The notes under the pieces were generated by a model that made no database searches, was not told the origin of the DNA, and worked only from the letters and a program-made list of their open reading frames with translations. Position numbers and translations under genes: made by a program. Source: Sphaerodactylus townsendi (taxonomy: Eukaryota). Taken from it: DNA of 64,000 nt. The DNA lies in the NCBI RefSeq assembly GCF_021028975.2, contig NC_059437.1:21762001-21826000 (forward strand), read 5' to 3'. Of this stretch, positions 26,258 through 37,502 are shown in pieces; within the stretch, counting starts at the first letter, position 1, and each line of letters starts with the position of its first letter.

Positions 26258-28850
26258 GGCTGGACGGAAAAGATCTGAACCTCCGGGCCGCCAATCCCGT
26301 TGTAGGGATGCAGTTTCGAACAGCTGCGTGCAGAGGTTTCCCTCTAGACGGGCAGAGATCAAAGTTGCAATGGAGGAAGGATTTTTTTTAAGAGAGAAAA
26401 AGGTGCTCAAGAAGAAAGCTAAGCGCCTGAACTCCTCGCGCATCTCGGTGAGTGCAGGTTGGGAAGCGGACCGCTTGCTCCGAGTTCAGCAGCCGCAGTG
26501 GGGAGGAGAGATGCCGCTCCGAATTCGCACGCGGAGGGACGGCGCCTTTTGATAAACGGACCCAAGCACTATTTTTAAACCCCGCCTGGCAGTTCTCAGC
26601 TCCCCGGGAGGTGGGGGAAGAGATGCATTCCTACTCAGGGACTGCAAACGGAGTTACGTTGGATGGCACAGCCGGGCAGCGGGACTATTGATTATTGGGG
26701 CTCTATCGCCCGCCCCCTCCCCCTGCGACGTCTGAGTTTCCCCTCCCCAAAGCCATCTCCGCCCCCCCCCCCCCACTCATAAGCCTCTCCTGTTGGGAAA
26801 GGAACTGCAGCCACATTTCGGACCTTTCTCAGCCCAAGGCAAGGGGGGAAACGCAAAGGCAGGAACGTGCCCCGTCAACTACCCAGACGAACCACCAACC
26901 CCGTGCGCGATTCGAATCGTCGCCGGGTTAAGTTGATGCTCCCGGTCCCAGGAATCGATGCCATCTCGCACCGTTGAAGCCAAGCGAGGCCAAATGGAGT
27001 CAAAAGGAGATCATCGCGGGGATTCACGAGTTTCTATGCCGCATCCTTAAGAACCGGGGGTGGGGTGGGATTTGGGGGGGGGGGCAGTCGCAATTTCGTG
27101 TGTGTGTGGGGTGGGGGTCCCGACTTCAGTCAGGTTGCCAGCCCTGCTAATAATAACAATTTCCTACTTATGAACGCTGCTGTTTCATTCCACCCCCACC
27201 CCATTATTAATCTATGCAACGCTATGCAGTTCTCCCTCTCCCCCCGTTTGTCAACAGGACTGCGAGTTGCCCGAGGACGATCGGACTAAAAAAATGTCCA
27301 GAATCCCCGGGGGAGAGGGAGAGGAGCCACGTACAAGAGTTGACGACTTAAAACAGTGGGGACAGCATCCCACAACCTCCCCCCACCCCACCACGCACAA
27401 AAGCTTTGCAAAACAAATAAACAAACGAACATGAAGCGTCTTACCTATACTGATGGTATTTGGAAATCCTCCCCGAGACTCTCTCAGAAGCCCCACCAGC
27501 AAAAGGAAGAGAGTTGGAGGCACCGGCTGCCCCATATTTTTTTTTAAAGCCCCTGCAGTTCAATTCCTAAAACGAAACTGACAAGGCGGGCATGGGCGCA
27601 CCAGTGGCCGCGGGGCAGGAAAGGCTCGGAAAACTGGTGGGATTCCCCCCTCCTTTCCCCCTCTCAACCTTCTCTCGGGGCCCCCTTCACCCCAGACTGG
27701 AAGGGCTCATGGGCTTGCGAGCGACGGGCTGAGACTCCAACCCCTGCCGCCCCCAAGCCCCCGGCACGCAAAGATGGTGGGTCGAGCAGCAAAAGGGGAG
27801 GCTCGGCAGGGCCCCCTCCGCCGTGGCCCCCTCGATCGGTCCACGAGGGGGGTTTGAGGAGGGCTCCAACTTAGTCTGCCGCCGCCTCGGCCGCGCACGT
27901 CCCTTTTGAGCCTCCCCGCAAAACTGCGGCGGCGCCTCGTGTCAGTTTCAGAGCCCGGAGATGCGATCAATGGAAGCAGCGCAGCGCCGCTCACGGGGAC
28001 CGCCCTTTAAAGCTGCAATGCCTGCCTCGCTCGCTCGCTCGCTCTGGGAAGGGGGGGGGGGGGGAGACAGAAAGTGGCGGGGGGGGGGAGAGACTGGGGA
28101 GAAAAAGGGGAACGAGAGGACAGAGACCGGGGGAGGGGGGGGAGAGGTAAGAGACCCGGAAGAGGAGAAAGGGTGCAAGAGCTGGAGCAAAGGAAGAGCA
28201 GGAAGGGATGACATCAAACGGGAGAATCTGCTTCACCCTGCCAGGGAGAAGGCTCTGCGATGAAGAGGAAGGAACCCGTTTGCAGGACTCAGGAGTGCTT
28301 TGAATGCTGACAGCCGTGTGTGTGTTGGGGGGTGTGGGGGGAAGCAGGATTAAAGGGCCCTGTGCTTTTAGCACGGCTGCGATCCCATGTGCAGGGAGTC
28401 TGGGACTGTGAGTCGCATCGCATTGAGCACAGCCGGGGCTGAGTTCCTTCTGCGCCGGATCAGGCTGCGAGGCTTCACTCCTCTGGGCATGTTTTCCCCC
28501 TAGGAGTAGGCCACCCCGAACACAGCGGGGCTGGCTGCGGAGTTAACTTTCACAGGCGTGAGTTGGCAGAGCTCTGGCCGGGAGGGGGGGTGCGGATTTT
28601 ATCCTTTTATCGCCCTAGCCTGGCAAAAGGTGACCTCTGTGGAGACTGCTCGTGCGGTAGGGCTCTTAAAGGGGGCAGAACAACCCTCAAACGCACCCCC
28701 CCCTCCCCGGCCTCCTTTGCAGGGGTCTATCCGATGCAGCAGAACTCCAGAATGAATGGAGCAAAGATCCTCAAGGATGTTGCATGATTGAAGCCTTCTA
28801 GAAATGCCAGGGGGACCGTGGGGGGGGGGGGGAGAATTCTGTAGCTTCTG
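26130..28850. promoter_or_regulatory. GRIA3: CpG island / GRIA3 promoter, 5' UTR and intron 1
   Basis: Sharp rise in GC and CpG density against CpG-depleted flanks; spans coding exon 1; (GCGA)n and G/A-rich tracts at 28020-28150. The exact TSS cannot be determined. Confidence 0.85.
27445..27535 (-). CDS. GRIA3: GRIA3 coding exon 1 (signal peptide and start of the amino-terminal domain)
   Basis: ATG at 27535; translates [30 protein letters not shown]+G, matching the GluA3 N-terminus (mammalian [31 protein letters not shown]); 91 nt ending at a canonical AG|GTAAGA donor (intron starts 27444), phase 1. Confidence 0.97.
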
Positions 28851-29489
28851 GCTGACCAGGGGCACACAGAAAGGGATTAAATAAGAGCCCGGGAGAATAC
28901 AAAGCACAAACCCTAATAGCAAGGTGGCATCTGGAGGAAGTAAACAACCACCTCAAGCCACCACGTCAGCATTTGACAGATGCAACCCAGCAATCTACAT
29001 TGGACAGATGTACACCGGACTGATGCAACCCAGAGTCCACTCCCTTGTAATGCTGGGGAGGATGCCAATTTGAATCATGCATTGCTATGTGTGGCCTCTC
29101 GCTGGGAGCCTGGGATCTCTTTTGCAGACTGCATACACTTCATTCATGTTTCAAGCCATACATATTGTCCTGTAGCAAGTGCAAGACAGGTGTGTGCCAT
29201 CCTGCTTGAGGATCAGTAATGAATAAACAGGTGTATGCTTTGGCAGTAATCTTTGCTGGCGAGAGAAATTAAATGCACTGTTATGCCTGTAAGATTAAAA
29301 AGGGAAACAAAACGTGTGCAGAGGTGAGCTAATGTGACATTATATGTCATGGGATTTTGTAAAATGCCATGCCCGTAAGTACATAACGCTAACTTTATCA
29401 GCAATATGAGCTTTTTGGAGCCAGAATACCAAAGGCTATAATCAGCCTAGAAAGGGTTTTCTCCCCTCCCCTCCCCTCCCCTTTTATGA

Positions 29490-29740
29490 ATTCTAATCTG
29501 GAGAATCGAGTTTGATTCTCCACTGCTCCACCTGAGTGGTGGAGGCTTATCCAGTGAACCAGATGTGTTTCCGCACTCCTACATTCCTGCTGGGTGACCT
29601 TGGACTAGTTACAGTTCTTTGGAACTCTCTCAGCCCCACCTACCTCACAAGGTGTCTGTTGTGGGGAAAGGAGCTTGTAAGCCACCTTGAGTCTCCTTGA
29701 GAAAGGTGGGGTATAAATCCAAACTCCTCCTCCTCCTCCA
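29490..29740 (+). mobile_element. tRNA-derived SINE (Squam3-like)
   Basis: TCTAATCTGGAGAA...GGGTGACCTTGG...CAGCCCCACCTACCTCACA...ATAAATCCAAA plus (CCT)n tail. Confidence 0.85.
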
Positions 29741-30437
29741 TCATCAGCATCATCATGGAGCCAAGTCTGGAATCTGTGGTTGCCTAGCAATGACCACTGA
29801 GAGTATCAATTGCTTAAAGCTATAGGCCCTCCTTTTCCGTTTGGGGTTTTTTAATGTAATTATTTTTAGATTTCACATTTCTCTGAAAACCTATGGCATT
29901 TTTTAGATTTGTAGAAAGATTCATCTTGCCTGTTCTGAGCTCCAGTCCAATTGGCTTGGTTCCTGACATAATGGGATGTGCCATCTGCAGTGGACTTTAT
30001 GATTAGCACTTATGATCAGAATGAGGCTGAAGAGTTGTTGGTGTCTTGATTTAAGCTTTCAAAATAGCCCTAAATTCTACTGTTGACATCTTTCCATTTT
30101 TGCTTTTCTTTTAGGGCATCTTTTATCTGCATTGTTTTTGTCTAGCCCGCATTATTTCCACTTTAGCTAACACTTTTTGTTTGATACAAGTTATCACTTT
30201 CATCGCCAAGTATTTGAGCAAGGGTATGGCCAACATTTCTTTGTCCTTTCGTTCAGACTGCTGATGTCTTTTTTCTCAGCTTCTGCATCTTACATCTCTT
30301 TAGTTCAGAGATGGGTCACAACAATGGGTAGGCTTCTCTTTGAAGGGCAGATCTTCACCACAAACTGACATGACATTTTACCAGTTTAGCTACCATGGCT
30401 TCCTTCAAAAAAAATCTTGGGAATTGTGGGTAACAAG

Positions 30438-30951
30438 TGTTGGGATAAGTGCTCCTGGTAGTTGGAGATTATCTCTTTATCGTAGTTAGCAGAGCGGCAC
30501 GGGTGGCTAGAACACAGCAGAAGCCCTTACCTCGTGTGCGTGCGTGTGCGTGATGAATCCCAATGTGCGGCAAGCTTACACAAAAGAAAGTCGGAGTCAG
30601 TTATAGTTTCTTATCTAATAAAAAGAGTATTTATTAGTGAACTCCATTCTGGATAGAAAGGTAGGTAGATAGAGTCACCATGTTAGTTTTACCTAGCTGG
30701 ATGGAGATGGATGCGAGGAGCATCCATCCTCTCTCTAGGCATGGTAGGAAGAAGTGGGAGAAGGGGTCGAGGAAGAAGCCGGAAGGAAGGAAGTCCCTGA
30801 GAGTATCAGTCTAACATCAAAGGGATAGAACCAGCATGATAGAGTAAAGGTGTCAAATCCTTAGGTCCCTATCTAGCCACTAGCTCTCTAGTAAAACCCC
30901 CTCTGTAGGTTGAGGCAGGAAACAGCGTAACAAAGTCCTTCACTTCCAACA
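30438..30951 (-). repeat. 3' LTR of the copia element (514 bp)
   Basis: Starts TGTTGG immediately after the PPT and ends CCAACA (6-bp terminal inverted repeat); minus-strand AATAAA at ~30635-30630. Confidence 0.88.
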
Positions 30952-32847
30952 CCCCCTCTCGATGTTTCTTGACAGGCTTATCTTGCTTCTAAACTTCTCA
31001 AAAGCAGGTTTCGCTAGGGGTTTAGTGAAGAGGTCTGCAAGCATCTCAGTGGTGTGACAGTAGATCAGTTGAATGAAGCCATTCTTTTGCAGTCTTCTCA
31101 CTATGTGGTATTTCACATCAATGTGCTTGGTGCGCTTCTTCACATCTCCTTGTTTAGATAGTTTAATGCAACTTTGGTTATCTGCATACACTGGTATAGG
31201 AAGTGGTGTGTCTATGCCTAGATCCTTTAGGAGTTGGCATAACCACTGTAACTCGTGACAAACGTGAGCAGCAGACACATATTCTGCTTCTGTGGTAGAT
31301 GCTGCTGTTATGTCTTGTTTGGTACTAGACCAACTAATAGGACCATTACCAAAGAAAATGATCTGCCCATTGGTAGATGCTCTGTCAGTTGAGTCTCCGG
31401 CTCAATCTGCATCAACATAAGCTATTAGTGTAGCATCTTTGGTAGCTGGCAGTTTCAATTTAAGATGTGCTGGGTTCCTTTCAGATATCTATAGAAAGCC
31501 GCTTCAGTGCATTCCAGTCCTTGACTGTTGGTGAAGCAGTCTTTCTGCACAATAGACCAACTGCTATTGCTATATCTGGTCTGGTCAATGTACTTATGTA
31601 TAGAAGTTTTCCTAAAGCTTCTCTATATTTGGTGTTATGAGAGAGTAATTCAGTGGGATCATCTTGTTTGATATAATTGACTTGTATAGGTATGGGAGCT
31701 GGATGTGCATCGTGTAGATCCAGTAAGTTGATTAGGTCTGTAATCTTCTGTTGTTGATTCAAAAGGAAACTCCCATCTTTCTCTCTCTCTATTTGAATTC
31801 CTAAGTAGTGTGCAACTTTTCCTAGTTGCTTAATTTCAACTTGTGTGCTAAGATGGTGTATTAAGTTCTTGTAGTCTTCTGTGTTCTCGTAGACTAGAAG
31901 TAAATCATCTACATATGCTAAAATATAAGTCCATTGTCCATTTTTGTTCTTGACATAAAAGCATGGGTCAGCCTCACTTCGTTGAAATTTTGCTTCAAGT
32001 AACATTTGGTTCAATTTTGTATTCCAAGACCTCGCAGCCTGTTTCAGACCGTAAAGAGAGAGTTGGAGACAACAGACGTAATTTTCCTTGCCTTTTGCTT
32101 GAAATCCAGGAGGTTGCTGCATAAAAATCGTCTCATCCAAATCACCATGTAAAAACGCAGTCTTCACGTCGATGTGCTGAACTTGCATCCTTTTGCTCGC
32201 TGCAATACTCAGCAAAGTTCTGACTGTAGTGTGTTTCACAACAGGGGCGAAGGTCTCATCATAATCTTCTCCATATTTTTGAGAGTAGCCTTTAGCAACC
32301 AATCTTGCTTTGTAGCGTTGCACTTGGCCATCTGCATCATGTTTCAGCTTAAAGACCCATTTACAGCCAATTGCCTTTCTTCCTTCTGGTAATTTCGTTA
32401 AAGTCCAAGTTTTATTCTGTTCTAAAGAGTTCATCTCATCAAGTGCAGCTTGCTTCCATCTCTGCGCCTCTAGTGGTGGAAAGTGGGATATATCTTCCCA
32501 TGACTTCGGTTCATCTAACGCCGAACTTGCGAGGTAGGAAATTCCCAGTCTTGCAGGTGGTACTCCTTTGTTTGTGCGTTCTGATCGTCTCACCTCATCT
32601 CTTGGGATTTCTTCCCCCTCTGCAACTGCTGCTGGTATTGGTAGGTACTCTGGTTCAACATCTACATCTGGAATTTCTTCTGGTTCATCAAATACATCTT
32701 GGTTATCATCTAAATCTGCGCTGTCATCTCTCTGTGCATCATTGGCAACAGGATACATCAGCCAATCTTGCTGGGGCTTGGTCTGGTCATCGTGTGCCCC
32801 CTCTGGAGACATGGCCATTTCATTTTCCTCAAAGTAAACAGATCTGC
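30438..32847 (-). mobile_element. Ty1/copia LTR retrotransposon, 5'-deleted (RT, RNase H, PPT, 3' LTR)
   Basis: ORF 31481-32818 has copia RT motifs (GCKWVFKLK, RYKARLVAKGYSQ, DVKTAFLHG, LYGLKQAAR, YVDD); RNase H motifs KRTKHIDVKYH and ADLFTKPL in 30940-31278; frameshift near 31490 and DADW->DAD* stop near 31403; PPT GAGAGGGGG at 30960-30952. Confidence 0.95.
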
Positions 32848-32896
32848 GGAATTGTAGTTCCTGAACATCTGGAGAGCCGCAGGTTCCCTACCCCTG
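32848..32896. mobile_element. Right half of the palindromic hAT MITE family (same as 54364-54511)
   Basis: GGAATTGTAGTTCCTGAACATCTGGAGAGCCGCAGGTTCCCTACCCCTG is identical to the end of the 54364-54511 element. Confidence 0.92.
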
Positions 32897-32930
32897 TTCT
32901 AAGCCCTTCAATTATAAAGTGTGACATTTG

Positions 32931-33360
32931 TTTTAGTGCTGCTGGGACAAGGGAGTGGCCCTTTCCATAAAAGAAGCGTGCAATGGCAGAATAACTGATG
33001 GTAGCACCTGCAATAGCAGCTTTTTTGTGGGGTAACCAGGAGAGGTTATAAGAAAATGTAATTCCAAGATATTTGTATTGGTTAACCTGCTCCACTGGCA
33101 CTTTATTAATCGCCCAGTTATGTTTTTTGTATTGTTTGGCAAAGATCAAAATTCTAATGGTCTTTGATAATTGATGACTAGTCCGTTATCTGTACATGTA
33201 CTGCCCACATCTATTCAGCAGTCGAAAGCTAAGTCCAACTTTTTGAGCGAGATAGAAGGATGGTATCATCAGCATATAGAAGTATTGGAATATGCCTTGG
33301 GCCTAATTTAGGGGCATGGTTATTAATTTCCAATAAGGCTGATGGAAGGTCACTCAAAAA
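32931..33360 (-). mobile_element. RTE-X-like LINE, inverted segment part 2 (RT C-terminal half)
   Basis: Minus strand LSDLPSALLEINNHAPKLGPRHIPILLYADDTI ... EQVNQYKYLGITF ... VPAALK; continues in frame from the 36417-36869 segment. Clade assignment is tentative. Confidence 0.88.
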
Positions 33361-36300
33361 CCCTGGATTACAATTCCTGGTAGGAGGTTGAGACGAAGGC
33401 GGGATAGAAGGAGGAAGAGAGGGCGCCGGGCTGGTGTTTTTACTAAGCTGGGAAGGTGTAGTTTCAAGTCTGCACTTCCAAGCATTTTTCTTACTAATGC
33501 ACGATCTCTTAGCAACAAAATGGATGAATTAAGGCTACAAATTGTGAAGAGCAGATTTGGCAAGAACAGCTGTGTTTTATTAATTACAGAAACCTGGCTT
33601 CACTCACATTCCCGATTCAGCAGTTGAACTATCTGGTTTCTACTTCTTTCCGGCAGGACATAAGCCAGAAGTAAAGTAAAGATTCTGGGAAGCATAAAGG
33701 AGGGGGTTTAAATCTCTATGTGAACAAAGCTGGTGCACTAATGCAAGCATCACAGGGGGTCACTGCTCAAAGGGATTTGGAAAGTATGACTATTAGATGC
33801 AGACCCATATATCTGCCACGGGGAGTTTAGTGTGGTTATCATCAACATTGCAGTATACATTCCACCTGATGCTAATGCTGCCATAGCTTTGAGCTTTCCT
33901 CTGTATAACATTGTTGAAAACCAGCAGAAAAAAGCATCCTGATGCTGTGCTCATTATAAGGAGGAGACTTTAATCATACTAATTTAAAAACAGTTGGCTC
34001 CCTAAACTCTACTCAGCATGTCAGGGTGTCTCCCACTAGAGGAGCCAATACATTGGATAAAGTGTATGTACACCAACATCAAGGGATGCTCTACAAGGTG
34101 ATACAGTTACCACACTTGGGTCAGGGGTCAGACCATTTTATCCCACTTTGTTTCTGGCACCAGCATATATTTATTCCACTTGGGCACCCAGGCGTAAGGT
34201 GTTGCCTGTAATAAAGACTGTAAAATCCTGGCCTGATGATGCCTCTAAACGCTACTTCAAGATTGTTTTGAGACAACAAATTGGGATGTTTTCTACCACC
34301 CAGATCTGGAGGAGTATACCACTGCTGTTCTGAGGTTATATCACCCACTGCACAGACACTCTTACTGTGTATAAAAGTTTATCCGGATTTACTCCAACCA
34401 TAAACCCTGGATGGACAAAGGGAGGTTCATGCCATTCTTTGCATGACAGGAATATTGCTTTCAGATCTGGTGATGAAATTGGCAAAGTATATAGTGCTTG
34501 GCCGAGAGCCAGTCTCTGCAGAGAGGCGATTCGACAAGCCAAGATGAGTTATAAGAGAAAAATTGAAGATTATTTTAATAATAACAACATGAGGCAGGTG
34601 TGGCAGGGAATTCAAACAAATTACCAACCATAAACCAAACAAATGACATTTCTGTGGATGGGGATTCTTCTCTGGCGGAGGGAGCTAAATCACTTTTTTG
34701 CCCGCTTTGAAAACAGGTCTATCAGAAGCCGAGATGACACACAGCCACCAGGGTGATTGCAGCTCACACCTCACCTGTGGAGGAACATGAGGTGAGGCAA
34801 GTTTTGAGGGCTGTGAATCCAAGGGGAAGGCTGGGCTGCTGGGACCGGATGGTATTCCCGGTCGGGTGTTAAAGAAAGGAATGCACTAACCAACTGGCTG
34901 GTGTTTTTACTGGGATCTTTAATCGATCTTTATCCCAGTCCACCATTCCATCTTGTTTGAAAGCTTCCACCATTGTTCCACTACCAAAGAGAGATTTCCT
35001 GCTGACAATCTTCAGGATTATACGCGAACCAGTGGCACTCACCCCCATCATCAATGAAGTGTTTTGAAGAAACTGGTCCATAGGCATATTAGTTCTTGCC
35101 TTCCAGATACATTTGATAAACTATCCAGTTCGCATATCCGGACTAATAGATCTAATGGAGGACGCCATTGCCATTAGCCTCCACACAGCTCTTGACGCAT
35201 CTGGGAACAGCACAGGAATTATGTGCGACATGCTCTTTATGGACTTTTTTTAGTTCCGCATTTAATACAATCTCGCCACAAACACTGGTGACAAAACTAT
35301 GGTAGCTTGGACTCTCACATTCAATCTGTTTGTGGATTAGGGACTTCTTGTCTGGGCCAGTTCCCAGAGGGTTAGACTAGGAAATCGGGTTTCCTCCAGT
35401 TCTTACTCTAAATATGGGAACGCCACAGGGCTATGTGTTGAGCCCTTTACGGTTCACCCTTGATACATAGGATTGTACTCCTGGCTATCATAATAACACC
35501 GTTATCAGATTTGCGGATGACACCACGGGGGTGGGGCTCATCTCTGGAGGGGATGAGTCTGCCTATCGGAAATTGAAGTGGACCGAAGCTGCTCTCATGG
35601 TGCAGGGAAAATAACCTTGGTTCTTAACACTAACAAGACAAAGGAGCTCATAGTGGACTATTATGGTAAAGGAATAGCTCAGAAATTCAGCCCTTTGACT
35701 ATGCAAATGGAGATCAAAGCAGAGCGGGTGGCTAGTTTTAAATCTCACTGGAAGTTATGATTAAAGAGGATTTGACCTAGGGGAGTACAGACTACCGTGG
35801 TGGTTAAAGAAAGCCCAGCAAAGACTGTACCTTTCTGAGACTTTTAAAGGAAGCTTAACAACTAGATGGAAAACTTCTGAGGTGTCCTTTTGCAATCATT
35901 AAAGCTATAGAGAGTGTCCTAACCTACTGCATCTGTGTATGGTTCTCCAGTTGCACAGTGGCCGAATAGGAAGGCAGCTCAAAGGGGTGATCAATGCTGC
36001 ACAAAGGATTATCGGCTGCCCTCTCCCCTCGCTTGGAAGAAATCTATAATGCCCGAAGTCTAAATAAAGCCCAAAATATTCTAAGGGACCCGTCTCATCC
36101 AGCACACTCTCTTTTTAAACTGCTACCATCTGGCAGACGATACAGGGCCCTCAGAACTAGGACAAAGAGGCTTAGAGACAGCTTCTACTCTAGAGCTGTG
36201 GCTATGCTAAACTCCGCTGCTTCATATTGATGTATTTGGGGCTATGTAGGGATGGGTGGAGGATGATGATGTATGAGTCTGAAATTGCATGAGTCTGAAA

Positions 36301-36416
36301 TTGTATGAGTCTGAAATTGTGTGCATCGAGGAATGCTGCTGTAAATTTCGTTGTGCGTGCACAATGACAATAAAATGCTTATGCTTATGCTTATGCTTAT
36401 GCTTATGCTTATGCTT
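33361..36416 (+). mobile_element. Rex1/Babar-type LINE, near full length, many frameshifts in this assembly
   Basis: Basic RRRRDRRRKRGRRAG...LPSIFLTNARSL N-terminus; APE motifs ITETWL, GDFN, TRGANTLD, SDH; RT motifs GPDGIP, PVALTP, SAFNTI, GTPQG, FADD; C-terminus LPSLEEIY...DPSHPAHSLFKLLPSGRRYR typical of Rex1/Babar; AATAAA plus (ATGCTT)7 tail at 36369-36416. Confidence 0.88.
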
Positions 36417-36869
36417 AAAATAAATTGAAAAGGGTTGGTGCTAACACACAGCCTTGCCTCACACCTTTAAAGGTAGAAATAGAATCAGTCATGAGACCTT
36501 CACGTGAGCACTTAACTCTGCAGTTTGTGTTGGTATAAAGTTGCCTGATTAGAAAAAGAAGTTTATTGTCTATTCCTTGTATAGCCAATTTATTCCAAAG
36601 ACGTTCTCTAGAGACTGTGTCAAAAGCTGCCTTCAAATCAATGAAGGCAGCATAAAGTTTGCTTCTTGGACTTTTGGAGTATTTATTAACCAAATGCGTA
36701 AGAAGCATAGCATGGTCTAACGTGGATTTCCCCCTCGTGAAGCCTATTTGCTCTGGGCCAATGATGTTCTGATGAATCGTCCAGGCCTGTAGTTTGGGTA
36801 GAAGTGTCTTAGCATATATTTTCCCAATGACTGATGTCAAACTAATTGGGCGGAAGTTGGCAGGATCCA
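36417..36869 (-). mobile_element. RTE-X-like LINE, inverted segment part 1 (RT N-terminal half)
   Basis: Open frame DPANFRPISLTS...QIGF...AAFIDLKAAFDTV...GVRQGCVLAPTLFNLF (N-terminal RT motifs up to the QG box). Confidence 0.92.
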
Positions 36870-37502
36870 ATCTTTAACTCTAAGATAGAAGTGCAGTTAC
36901 TTTATGGAGTACCTATCTGGCTCCAAGCAGTTGACGACTCCTTGAATACTGTCCAATCCAAATTTTTCCGTAAAATTATGGGCCTGCCAAATTGTGTACC
37001 ATATGCGGCCCTCTGTTTAGAACTGGGCCAAAATTCATTAGTTTATAGGGCTTGGTTGAGAGCTTTTAAATTTTGGCTTCGCCTGCATTTCTCGCATGAT
37101 GAGCACTCGCTGATTCACCTACTTTTGTCTGATACTCAGGCTAATCCATGGTTCTCTCTGATCGAAAGAAAGATTGAATCACTTGGTATATCTCTCGACT
37201 CGCTTTTCCCGCTATCTAGTTCAGAATCCTACAACTTGTTAAAACAAAAATTGTTGGAAAGCGAATGGATTAATTTATTTAGGGCTGCTATGAAAACTTG
37301 TTCACCCTTACATCTTTCAATACCCCTATATCAAAACAGGATGGCTCCCTATTTGTATTTTTTGACTAATCCAATGCAGAGAAGAGCCCTCACACTTGCT
37401 CGCTTCAATGTTTTCCCCTCCGCTTTATTGCGTGGTAGATTTAACAACTTGGAAATGAGCGAAAGGGTATGCTCTTGTGGTGAACAACAAATTGAAACAT
37501 TG
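36870..37502 (+). mobile_element. RTE-X-like LINE, sense 3' segment (post-RT region, truncated at the CCHC knuckle)
   Basis: Open frame IFNSKIEVQLLYGVPIW...RRALTLARFNVFPSALLRGRF...ERVCSCGEQQIETLD; followed by the TSD GACATTTGTTTT (37503-37514, also at 32923-32934). Confidence 0.88.

Noticed and set aside
26004-28787. Many GC-rich ORFs around the promoter (e.g. 182 aa at 26004)
   Set aside because: Expected stop-codon depletion in a CpG island; one crosses a MITE; low-complexity translations.
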